DNA of 63,930 nt, the filler included, from Atractiella rhizophila (lineage: Eukaryota): NCBI GenBank assembly GCA_021432655.1. It is 4 parts of 4 records of this genome, joined end to end, with 100 filler letters (N's around TTAATTAATTAA, not from the genome) between each part and the next. Parts side by side here need not be neighbours in the genome. Positions count along the whole stretch, not along the records: positions 1 to 15,953 come from MU271918.1; positions 16,054 to 31,955 come from MU271920.1; 2 more parts are not named here. One strand, given 5' to 3'. Position 1 is the first letter of the stretch, and each line of letters begins with the position of its first letter. The position numbers and the translations under genes are program-made. Below the pieces are notes generated by a model that searched no databases, was not told where the DNA came from, and worked only from the letters and a program-made list of their open reading frames with translations. This document shows positions 11,222 to 22,365 of the stretch, in pieces.

Positions 11222-11661
11222 ACCTCGCAATTGAGGGATTTTTGAAGTTTGACCGGTATTGTTTTGGTGCAGTAAGCAACCGTTTGTGAAAATGGGGTGA
11301 GTAACTCACCGACAAACCGGTCGCCGATCTGTCCGTTAAGGAACAGACCGGCGCCTCGCTTAGACCTATGTTCAACAGTGTAACTAGGGATTCACCCAGC
11401 GAGGCGTATAGAGGAGTAGGACCTCTTAAAGTGATGGGGAGGGGACCTCGTGATTGAGGGCAATTTTCGTAAATGCGACATTGGTGATGGTGCGAGAACG
11501 CAATGAGCATTCGTCCTTGACGGGCAACGAATGGACTCACCAACGACCAAGTCGCCGACTTGTCCGTTGAGGAACAAGTCGGCGCCTTGCCTCGACCTAA
11601 GTATCAAAGACTAGGATTTCACCCGGCAAGGCATATAGGGGTGTTGGACCCCTTAAAGTGA
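11222..11661. repeat. Two diverged tandem copies (~11222-11434 and ~11445-11661) of a multi-stem structured element directly 3' of pol
   Basis: Same order of stems in both copies with compensatory changes, e.g. GCCTCGCT/AGCGAGGC versus GCCTTGCC/GGCAAGGC, and AGAGG/CCTCT versus AGGGG/CCCCT. Confidence 0.8.
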
Positions 11662-14600
11662 GGAAGGCCCTTCAGCACGTTTTCGTCGAAGGTTACGAAA
11701 ACGCGCATTTGGGCGATTTTTGGCGGAGTTCGGTATGGGGTCGGGACGAACTGCGAGAGGGTGTGCAGTGTGATAGTCTTTTATAGCATCTTGTGAATTT
11801 TCTAGTTCTGTGATGTTGATCCACTCGTCCTCAGATGGTGAATACCCTTTATATTGAACGCGATATGTGAAAGCTTTCTTTCGGGTACCGAACCACTTCC
11901 CATCTACTATTTTTTCTACTTCCCATTCCTCAATTCCATTCACCAATTCCGGAGGTGGTTTAGGTAACTGGATTCTGCCAGGGATGTCGTCTCTGTTGAC
12001 TTTTCGTATTAGGCCCACATGGAACACTGGGTGTATCTTCCATGAGGGTGGTAACTCGAGTTTGAGGTTGAGAGGACCCAAAACTTGCAGAACTCGAAAA
12101 GGGCCATGCCATTTGTCGTCCAACTTTTTCACCGGCCTCGTCGACTTGATGTTTTTCGCACTCAACCAGACGAAATCGCCGACGTGGTATTCGGGCGCCG
12201 GTGCGCGTTTCCTGTCATAATGTTTTGCCATGAGGTCTGCTGCTTGCTCGAGTGCTGCTCGTGCTTCTCGGTCGGCGATTTTCATCTTCTCGACGAATTG
12301 TGCTGCTGCTGGAACGTCTTCGTCGGAGATGGGTTCAAAGGCCATGCGTGGATGTTGGCCACAATCGAGCGAAAATGGAGTTACGCCCGTCGCCGAACTG
12401 ACGCGATTGTTGAGCGCAAATTCTGCGTTGGGAAGTCCTTCCACCCAATTATCTTGAAGGTGATTGCAGAAAATGCGCAAATATTGTTCAACCTCTTGGT
12501 TCATGCGTTCAGTCTGACCATCACTTTGCGGGTGATAGGCTGTCGATGGTGAACCTTTGATACCTAATAGGCGAAAAAGCGCGGATGTGAATTTGGACAC
12601 GAACTCTTTGCCTCGATCGAAAATTGCGACATCGAAAAGTCCATGCAACTTCCATACGTGATCGCGAAAGAGTCTTGCAAGGCCTTCTGCATCCATCGTC
12701 GAATGGGTGGGGATGAGATAGGTGCGTTTTGAGAGTCTGTCTACTATGACGAAAATCGTGTCGAACCCCCCAGATTCTGGGAGTGGTCCAACCAAATCCA
12801 TGCTGACAATTTGCCAGCGACGTGTGGGAATGTCATTTGGTTGCAAAAACCCGACAGGTGGGGAAGGAAAGTTTTTCGTTCTGTGGCAAGTGTGACAGGC
12901 GCCGACATAGCGGCGAACGTAGTGCGCTAAACCTGGCCACCAATAGTACCTTTTTACTAGAGCTGTCGTCGATTTTACGCCTGGATGACCGGCGATTTGC
13001 GAATCATGTAGGTCTTGCAAAATCGAGCGGCGAATTTCATCGTCGCGGGGGACGTAGAGTTTTCCGCGAAAGTAGACAGCACCATCGACTTCTTGCCACT
13101 CCCGCCGGCGAATTGCGTTGACTGGTTCGTCAAGGATCTCTCTCAAGGCTTTGACTACTTGTTCTTCTCGTTCAGGTACCTTTTTCACGCGTTCCAGTAT
13201 ACTCAACTCCGACATTTGTCTAGTGAGCGCAACCGCGCTCCCAGTCGCGTTGATCGTGATACGATCCGTGTTGAAAAAGCGTTCTGGGAGTAACACTACA
13301 TCAAAGTTGTCGCAAGTCGTCGGTTTGTGATCCGGTCGCCGACTGAGCGCATCTGGTTTTGCGGAGTTCCGCCCAGGACGGTGTAAAAGTGTGAAGTTGA
13401 AAAATGCAAGTTCAGTGATCCAGCGTGCCTGTCGGCGATTCAACTTCTGCGGCATTCTGAAATACTCAAGGTTTTTGTGATCGGTCAAGATCAGAAATGG
13501 CTCATCAGTACCCTGTAGAAGGTGTCTCCATTCTTGCAGTCCCCGCATAATCGCGAGCATTTCTTTGTCGTAGGTGTCATAGTTCCTCTGGGCAGCGTCA
13601 AGCGATTTTGATACGAAACCGAGAGGATGAAACTTCCCATCTGGTTTCATTTGTGACAAAACGGCGCCTGTCGCGAAATTTGACGCGTCGACTTCGAGTA
13701 AAAATCGTCCTATTTGTTCGGGATGTGCCAAAACGGGCGCCGAAATCATGAGCTGTTTCAAAGCGGCGAACGAACGTCGTTCATCCACCCCCCAGACCCA
13801 GGAAATCTCTTTTTTGGTTAGTTCATATAAAGGTCTTGCGATGTGACTAAATCTGTCGCAAAAGCGGCGATAGAAATTAGCGAAACCAAGGAACATTTGG
13901 ACTTCCTTCATGTTTTTCGGTTCCGGCCAATCCATCACTCCTGCAACCTTTACTGGATCCGGTTCGATCCCTCTGCTGGTAATGATCAATCCTAGATACG
14001 CTACTTCGCTTTGACACCAGACACATTTCTGTAAGTTAACATAAAGCCCATTTTCGCGCAAAATTTGACAAACTTCTCGAACGCGTTCCCAGTGTTCTTC
14101 TTCAGTTTCTGTCGCAATTAGGATGTCGTCAATGTATATGAAGATGAACGCAGCGGCGATCATCGCGCGGAAAATAGAGTTCAGGAAAGCTTGGAAAGTC
14201 GCCGGTGAGTTGCAGAGCCCGAAATACATTACCAATGGTTCGAAAAGTCCTCGATTTGTGCGAAACGCCGCTTTGTGTTCGTCTCCTTCTTTGATACGAA
14301 CGTTGTTGAACCCTTTCCTCAGATCAATCTTGCTGAAAAACTTCTTACCAGAAACCATGGAAAAGAGGTCAGCTTGAATGGGGAGTGGGGTCTTATCTTT
14401 GACTGTGGCTTCGTTCAGCTTTCGATAATCGAAAAGAGGACGAAGTTCGGAGGAGTCTTTTTTGTGCGTGAAAAAAACAGAAGCTCCATGTTCACCTGTG
14501 CTAGGACGTATACGACCCGCGGTCAGTTCGGCGTCAATGAATTGGTCGAGCGCCGCTTGTTTGTCTTTTTTCAGGGGGTAGACCGGGCCCGCATATGGTC

Positions 14601-15446
14601 GTGATTCGGGTATGAGGTTGATCGCGTGATCCCAAGGACGTCGGGGAGGAAGAGAAGTTTTGAATTTTTCGTCGTCGAAAATGTCCGCAAAATCGGCGAT
14701 TTGCGTTGGTATTTCGACGACACTTCTTGGTCTCATCGCCGCTGCGTCCTTCGCCAGTTTCTGCGATTTTGTCATAGCGGCTAGTATCAAGGTCGACGAT
14801 GGCGGGAAGTGTTCGCGAGTGGTAGACACGTCATCTGCATTGCAACTGGTAGGGCAACGAGAGAACTCAACTTTCCCTGAGTCCCAGTTGATCTCTGGGT
14901 TATGGTGTCTTAGCCAGTCGTGGCCCAGAATCATGTCGACAGTCCCTAAGTCTGCTACAGCGAATTGCCAAACCTCATGGTGAGCGGCGATCGAAATGGG
15001 CAAGTAAGTGACAGAATGGATGGATCCACCTTGATTGAGAGATCCGTCGATGTTATAAACAGGTACTGGGGAAGGAAGTTGAGTGACAGGTAGGTTGTAC
15101 GCAGAAACGAGTTTTGGAGAAATAAAAGAAGTAGTTGCGCCGCTGTCGACGAGCGCCGATGTGGCCTGTCGGCGATGGGAATGTGGATGGTGGAATGCGG
15201 TTCTGAGCTTCGTCTTCGAACTGACAAGAGATGCTGTTGTCGAGCGTAAGTGGACTTTGTCGTACATTTTCGCGACTTCTGCGCATCTTTGCCTCCAGGA
15301 GGGAAAACGCAATTTCGGGAATGGGGAGTCTTGCTCAGACGGGGGGAATACTGTGCTGGGCGGCATTTTGTTGGAAGTGATTTTAGATGACGTAAATGAA
15401 TTGCAAGTCGGCGATGGGGACACTTCTTCCACCCACCACCGTCCTA
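11653..15446 (-). CDS. pol: Gypsy Pol polyprotein: protease, RT, RNase H, integrase, chromodomain
   Basis: Open 1259-aa frame with ALVDSGAT (protease), YIDD (RT), EVDAS..NYDTYDKEMLA..TDHKNL (RNase H), H..H..CHTC plus the SMDLV/FDRG/QTER catalytic core and GPF (integrase), and EEWEVEKIVD..YKGYSPSEDEW (chromodomain). Confidence 0.97.
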
Positions 15447-15453
15447 AAAATCC
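15410..15453 (-). other. -1 ribosomal frameshift signal (gag-pol)
   Basis: Slippery G GAT TTT (15453-15447) just before the gag TAG. pol is in the -1 frame. Stem GGTGGTGGG/CCCATCGCC starts ~6 nt downstream. Confidence 0.75.
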
Positions 15454-15953
15454 TCCTCAAGATCTTTCGATTGGGTAACACTCGTTTTCGGCGACTGGTC
15501 AGCGAATTGTCGTTCTTGGTGCATCATTTTTGAATCAAAATATTCTCCTTGAGCTCGGAGATATTGCTCCTTGTTCATAATCGTTCTACACTCCCTTTCC
15601 CGGTGTCCTATCTTTTGGCATCGTCTGCAACGGGGAGGTCTAGACTTTGTCGCGTCGACTTCCATGTCATCGGGATCTTTGGCCCTATGAGCGTGTGGAG
15701 CGGCGTTGGGTGACGGATCGGCGACCGGTGACAAGGCGGCGCTCGGTCGATACGATACGGGCGTTCTGTTCTCTCTGTGCTTTGAGGATTTTGAGCTGTC
15801 CCTTTTTGCAGAAAACGTATTTTGTGGTCCGTCTTTCGCCGATGGGATGTTTCGAAAGAAGGTTGAATGAGCAGATTCTTCCGCATCAATTCGCCGAGAT
15901 TTTTCTTTCCAGTCTTCCAGCGATTTTGGGAACTCTCCTTGGGTTACTTTGAG
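15444..15953 (-). CDS. gag: Gag C-terminal part (truncated by gap)
   Basis: DPDDMEVD motif, then the CCHC knuckle CRRCQKIGHREREC, ending EEDF*. Confidence 0.88.
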   Translation of the reverse strand, partial: LKVTQGEFPKSLEDWKEKSRRIDAEESAHSTFFRNIPSAKDGPQNTFSAKRDSSKSSKHRENRTPVSYRPSAALSPVADPSPNAAPHAHRAKDPDDMEVDATKSRPPRCRRCQKIGHRERECRTIMNKEQYLRAQGEYFDSKMMHQERQFADQSPKTSVTQSKDLEEDF

Positions 15954-16033
15954 NNNNNNNNNNNNNNNNNNNNNNNNNNNNNNNNNNNNNNNNNNNNTTA
16001 ATTAATTAANNNNNNNNNNNNNNNNNNNNNNNN

Positions 16034-16396
16034 NNNNNNNNNNNNNNNNNNNNAGCAGGGTGTGGGGAGGATTGGAGGCGGGGAGGGAGGAGAGGAGGGA
16101 CTCGGCTGCAGAGGTGTTCGAGTTGTAATTTAGCAGGATTGTCGCTCCTTGGGCGGCGAGGGTGCGTGAAATCTATGAACCATTGTCAAGTCTCGCAGAA
16201 GCAAGGGCAATAATGGGCTTACAGCTGCTCCAATCCCCCTGAAGGATGATGTTGATTCAGTCGATACTAACATGACTCGTGGAAATTGCTTACCTCGATC
16301 CACCGGTTACTGTGTAATACAATTAGAGATAGATTTTGAGTAAAGCTAGAAGGAAGACCTACCAAGCGCAATCTTGCCAGCGAGTACAGTGGACAT
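16034..16396 (-). CDS. Short-chain dehydrogenase/reductase, 5' part (rest in gap)
   Basis: Spliced reading [41 protein letters not shown] gives the TGxxxGIG motif, split across two 16-nt exons. Confidence 0.85.
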
Positions 16397-16951
16397 TTCG
16401 GTGTTGTCAACTTCAGAATGGTCGTTGTGAGAGTGCTAAGTCCTGTTGAGGTGTTTGAACACGTTGACCATTAATTCCTTCGTCTCAATTCTTGCATTCC
16501 CTTCAACTTCCACCTCTCTTTTATATCTTTTGAGGACCTATCGCTTTGCGTCGGAGTCCCCGATACCACCGATTCTCAGCCTTCCAGCGAGTGTCGCACG
16601 TCACAAAGCCATCGTCAAGTAATACCGATTGCATGCTTTCCCTATCGTACGCCCGGTGTGTCCTATTGCGACTTCCCGCGAGCCCCTTCTCCTTCCTTCA
16701 AGCCTTAACATCTTTGGTTAGTTGCATGTGAAGCCCAGGGTGAGTACGTCATAGCCTGGAAAAAATGCCTATTTGGGTTTGCACCAGGACACCGGCCTTT
16801 GCCACAACAGACAACCGGAGCATTCGGAGCAACAAAAAAACGTGCCCAATTTAGAGAACAGCATCACGTCGACCAACACTTTTTGCGGCCAGGCTCTGCC
16901 TGCTGCTCTGCCTGGCTCATCACCACCACAAAACAGATATCTGTACACGAA

Positions 16952-19900
16952 ATGGTCGCAGCGCCTTCCCCCGTGCAGGCAACAAGACCACTCCCATCGA
17001 ACCAGCCGCCGAAAAGGAGGTCAAGCAGCCTCTTGGTAGCGAGGCATGGCACAACTGGCACTCATAACACTCATCCCGGTATCTCTCATCAAGGACTCGG
17101 GTTCGCAAGGACAATTACGGGAGGAACTCATGGAGGAGTGAAGAGGAAGGGGGTTTTGGGCTTTTGGGACGCTTGTCTTAAACATCTTAATTTTTATCGG
17201 TATGCCTACTTCCCCTTTCTGTGTGATCACCAATTTTATTCATGTTACGAATAGTGTACATTTGATCGCCTTCACCATCACTCCACTCCTCGCAGCGACC
17301 ATCTTCTACCTTGTCGATACTGAGCGGAAATGGGACTTCGTCGACTGTTTATTCAGTATGTTCCCCACAATCATCTCCTTCACGTCATGTTGCAGCGCTG
17401 AAGCGTGAAGAATAGTGTGTGTCTCAGCCGTTACAGTGACGGGGTTGACCACCATCGAGCTCTCCTTGATCACGCGTGTGCAACAGGCCATCCTCTACGT
17501 ATTTATTTCAATTCCATCTTCAATCTCCGAGCAACTAAACGAGTCAATAGGTGTTGATGGGTCTCGGATCAACTGTCAGCATCTCCTCTCTTCGTATTGC
17601 ACCAGTGGTATTGATGACAGGGTTCACAGTCCGGCGTTTCCATCGTCTTCATCATCATTCGACGGTATCGTATCTCCCTCTCACTGCACGGCATGACCTG
17701 ATGGAACATTGACAAGGAATTATTTCCGCCGTCGGTTTGCCCACATCATCCAATCGAACGCCGTGATCCGGAAACGGATCGTGGACCTTGAGATTGCAGA
17801 GGTTGTGCCCCACCTCCTACAAACCCTAGAGCTAACGTGTGTATGGGCGGTCGGGGTATAGGACATACAACGGAGTCGAAAACCATGGTACAAGCGACCA
17901 TTCCAAGTCAACTCTCACCATCCGAGTCCAGCCAGCTCTTCTGCCGCCTCTTCAGCTTCAGAAGCTAACGGCGGAAGGAGGAAACAGCTGAAAAAGGACC
18001 TCATTCGAAAGCTGGACATCCCGGTGTTGGTGAATAGGATGAACGTCGGTGGGGTGTTGAGCGAGATGCAGACGGACGCGGAGGAGAAACAGGACGAGAA
18101 GAGGAAGGCGGAAGGCGAGGCAGTGGAGGTGGGTACCAGTGATGGAAGTGAAAAAGAGAAACGAGAGAGCGGGGAAAATGAAAGTGGAGAGAAGAAGTTA
18201 GAGAAAAGGTCTTTGCATCCGAGTCGCACGCTCTCGTTTGTTTCCCCCTCTTGCATCTTTGCGGAGTCTTACAAGTGAAGCGTAGGATTCAAATTGCGGA
18301 AGAGCCAAAAGGACTTCAGCTAGACTTCCCGAGGCCCTCCCCAGTTGCTCAACATCTGTCAAGCTTTCTCGATTCTCCTCGAGCTCAAGTTCCACACGAA
18401 TCGCCTCAGGCGCTGACTGATTCTCCAAAGATCTTATTCCATCCCGCCCTCCACTCTCCACACGAGCACGACCTTCCGACACCGAACAGAAGGCGAACGA
18501 ACTCAGACCCTCTCTTACGCTCCTCCTCATTACATCCCTCCATCTCCATCTCACAGCTGCACCCGCTCCACCCCAAAGTAGGTCCAGACGCGGAGACCCT
18601 CCGTTTTTTGCGCACGCGCACGGTCGCAGCTGATGGAGAAGATGAGATCGAGGACCACATCTCCGAGCTTCAACCCAACCTAGTCGGGAGGATGGGGAGG
18701 CGTGGACTGGGCGGAGTGGGTGGAGTAGAAGGGGGTCGGGGCATGCCGCGCACACAGACCGTCGAATTTTCATTACCCCAGCGGCCGCTTGGAGGCGGAG
18801 GGTTGCGACAACGACAATTTACGGGAGCAGGTGCTGGAGGGGGAACTGGGCCGAGGAGGAATAGCACGCTCCCTCCCGCTTCTAATGTCGGTCAGGTGGG
18901 AAGCACGGGAAGGCGTCCGAGCGTTTCTACGGGTGGGCTGGAGAGGAATTATACGCTCAGTCATGATCCTAATTCGGCCATGCATCGAGATTTTGGTGGT
19001 TTCCCAAATCCTGTGATAGCCGCTGTCGGATTCGTTCATCGTCATGTCATACCGAAGACGGTGGAGAGGAAGCTCACCATGCCCAAGACAACGACGCTGC
19101 TCAGTGCTGCCAATGGGGAGATAGGACCTCATGTACAGCTCCCGAATGGAGAGACGAAGGAGGTTAATTACATATCGTTTGACGCGCTGGTAGGAAGGAA
19201 TAGCAAGTTCTATGATCTAACCGATGAGCAGGAAGAGGAGTGAGTGCTGTTCCTCTTCTCTGCTGTCTCAGACACCTTTGTTAACGAACGCCTAGGTTGG
19301 GAGGGGTAGAATATCGCGTAATTAGATCTCCACAAGATTGCAACGTGTGCTGACAGCATTTGTAGGCGTTATCTGTTCTCCTCAAAATCGTAGCTTGTTA
19401 TTGGATTGGTTGTCAACTGCTATCTGTTGTCATCGTCGCGCCATACTTCTCAGCCGCGAGTCAATATGACGATGTCTTCAAGGCAAATCGCGTCAATGCA
19501 GTGTGGTTTACGTTTTTTTCAGACCTCAACTGCCTTCACGTACGCCGTTCCTTCCCTGTTATGGGCTCTGCTAACTTCGCGCAGGAATTGTGGGATGTCC
19601 CTTGTCGGTAGGCATTTTGCACACCCCCAATGCCCTGCCTGAAGCGGGGCCATAGACACGAGCTTGACGCAGTTCCAAGAGGCGTATCCACTTTTGATCA
19701 TGACAATATTCCTTATTCTGGCTGGCAACACCGCCTTCCCGATCTTCCTTCGTCTGACCATGTATGCATCTCCGTTTTACCATGAACCACTTACGGACTA
19801 AGGTTGTTCTCACGACCGCAGCTGGACACTTTCCAAACTATTCCGCAAAGGGACGAAAAACAGAGAAACACTCCAGTTCCTTCTTGAACACCCCCGACGC

Positions 19901-21346
19901 TGCTTCATATACCTTTTCCCTGCTCAGTAAGGAATTTTCACCCTCCTCGAATGAACTACGAAGCTAATCGAAACTGATCAGTCAAACATATTTCCTCATA
20001 TTCGTACTCTTTGTGCTTAATTGCACCGATTGGATAGCCTTCTTGGTGCTGGACCTTGGTAATCCAGTCATTCAAGATATACCTGTCGGTCCGGTACGTT
20101 TTTGCGTTCAGTGGCAACATGGCGCCTAAGTCTGGTTGCAGCGAATCCTTGACGGACTCGTCCAAGCTTCAGCCGTACGAAGCGCAGGCTTTAACATTAT
20201 CAATCTTGGAGCGTCCGCACCTGCATTGCAGGTATTGTATGTGATCATGATGTGAGTTCCACTATGCACTAGTATCTTTCTGTTGCTAATCGATGGAGTT
20301 AGGTACATTGCTGGTGAGCTTTTCATATACTCAACAAGCCACGCCTGACTATCTATGACAGTCTATCCCATTGCCTTATCTATCAGGTACCTTCAATCTA
20401 TCTCTTATCATGACAGAGTGACCGACTTAACAGAGCAACGAACGTGTATGAAGAGAAGTCTATGGGTGTTTACCACGAGGAGGAAAACGAAACGACCTAT
20501 GAAGCCAACTTCTACCAACGGCCCGGCAAGGCGACTTCTTACATCGCCCATCACGCTCGGAAGCAACTCGTGAGCCCAATTTCATCCTATCATTTTTGGA
20601 CACTGACGGAAGACGTCAGAGTTTTGATCTGTGGTGGCTTTTTGCTGCACTGTGGCTGATCGCAATCGTCGAGGTGCGATTTTCTTGATGAGTGAGAAAG
20701 CTCGCTGACTGTGAAACCAGAGAGACGAGATCGAGGACCCTACCAGCAACCAATATTTCAATTGTGAGTATTTTATCGCGATCCCAGACTATTTTTAATT
20801 GAGGATTCTAGTGTTTACAATAATGGTGAGTCTTTGGAGCATGAAGAGAAACAAAGGCTCATCACGATACAGTTTGACCTCATCAGTGCATATGGAACTG
20901 TTGGGCTGTCTCTTGGACTGCCCTTCCGCAACACATCTCTAGCAGGAGCTTTCAGACCATTATCCAAACTCATCCTCTGTGCCGTGATGATGTAAGACTT
21001 TAATTTCACCATTGCCAGCTCCTCAGCTAACAGTCGTTAAAGTCGAGGGCGACATCGCGGACTCCCTGTCGCAGTGGATCGTGCCGTCGTCCTACCGTGG
21101 GAGCTGGAACATCGTGGAGTAACGACCAACGACGACATGCCCGCTACCAACTCTTTCACCGCAGTCAACACCGGTGTCTCCAACCTTGACGAAGAGCCAC
21201 CGTCAGAAGAACCCCAAGGCCTTTCAGCCGAACCGATGACGAGACTGTCCACAGTCGAAGAGGCCATCAGCCCTCGCACTACGAGGACCAGCCCTCCAAA
21301 TTCACCTTTTCCGAGTCCCAGTCCGATGAAAACCAAGCAGGCATGA
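16952..21346 (+). CDS. Trk-family potassium transporter (multi-exon; start approximate)
   Basis: LNFYR, TVTGL, LGGVEYR, NCGMSL, LAGNTAFPIFLR, HPRRCFIYLF, YPIALSIR, VYEEKSMGVY, SAYGTVGLSLG, RGRHRGLPVAVDRAV. Confidence 0.93.
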
Positions 21347-22004
21347 CTTGATTTACGCACTAATGTTTGATCCTTTAGTCCTCACGATACATAGATGCAT
21401 TCCGTTCCCCATTTTGAGGCTCCACATTGTACAAAGTACCGATTCGAAGTGACACTGAGGGCAAATTGGTGGTAGTTGACTTAGATTTCTTAATGCAGGC
21501 AATCCTCTCCACGTTCGATAGTTCAGAAATAATGGTTGCGTTAATTGATTGCGATGCTGGAACTAAACCAAAAGAGAAGAGAAAATCCAGAGTGTCCTTG
21601 TGATTGAAAGTGAAAAGACGATCCGAGTATAAAATCTACTACAGGTATCATTACTAGATCATTATCGTAGGTAGACGTTACTGAAAAGTAGGTAGTAACA
21701 AGTGGGTATATCGTGAATATCATAGGATGGTAAATATTTAAAGCTTTCCGAGACTCAACAGGCAGTGCATTCAGTTGTCAAACTTCAAACGTTCAAACAC
21801 AAAATGGCAAGGCAAGAAAGGGGATTCACAGAACGCAAAGACGCAATCTCAATCTCGAAACCAATCAAACTCGAGGCTGAACAGATTCTGAAACTGAGAA
21901 GCAGACAGGTCGAACTCTAATAACCAAAATTTAAAACTGACTTCATATCCAATCCCAGCACCACCTGATTGTTTTTTTTTTCACAAGGACGACGACAAGA
22001 CAAG

Positions 22005-22365
22005 TCAATGTCAACGTTCGAGGAACCCTTTCCGTTCCTCATCCCTGGGACCAGCGACAGCAAAAGCTTCCTGGCCCCTTTGCTTCTTCACGAGCTTCTC
22101 CAGTCCTCTGACGGCTGCTTCAAGCTCCTTATCTCAAATCGACTTTCCTCGTTGTCAGCCTATTGAGTGTGATCTGAGGGCCGTCAACGTTAACGTTCGA
22201 GGAACCCTCTTCCGTTCCTCGCCCGCGGACCAGCGAAAGTTCCCTGGCCTCTCTGCTTCTTGACAAGATCCTCCAATCCCCTAACAGCTGCTCCCAGCTC
22301 CCTATCACGAATCGACTTTCCCTCATAACCCTTCTCCTTCAACCTATCGAGGGTGATCTGAATCT
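22005..22365 (-). repeat. Tandem duplication (~180 bp) of the 3' end of the RING-finger gene
   Basis: Both copies encode QITL.RL...AAVRGLE.LVKKQRGQ..FA..GPR....GFLER*; the distal copy has indels. Confidence 0.85.

Larger units (their letters stand above)
8484..15953 (-). mobile_element. Ty3/Gypsy LTR retrotransposon (chromovirus); 5' part lost in the assembly gap
   Basis: Order on the minus strand: gag C-terminus, pol (PR-RT-RH-IN-CHD), ~2.7-kb extra region, PPT, 3' LTR. Confidence 0.95.

Noticed and set aside
10614..11661. Hammerhead or hairpin ribozyme in the retrotransposon spacer
   Set aside because: No CUGANGA/GAAA core or hairpin loop A/B consensus shared by both units was found by eye on either strand; kept only as an unclassified structure.
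11867..15478. Short plus-strand ORFs overlapping pol
   Set aside because: Shadow frames of a long coding sequence with no independent motifs.
15998..16009. TTAATTAATTAA inside N-runs (also ~32000 and ~47994)
   Set aside because: Identical all-frame-stop linker between N blocks; a scaffolding artefact, not biology.
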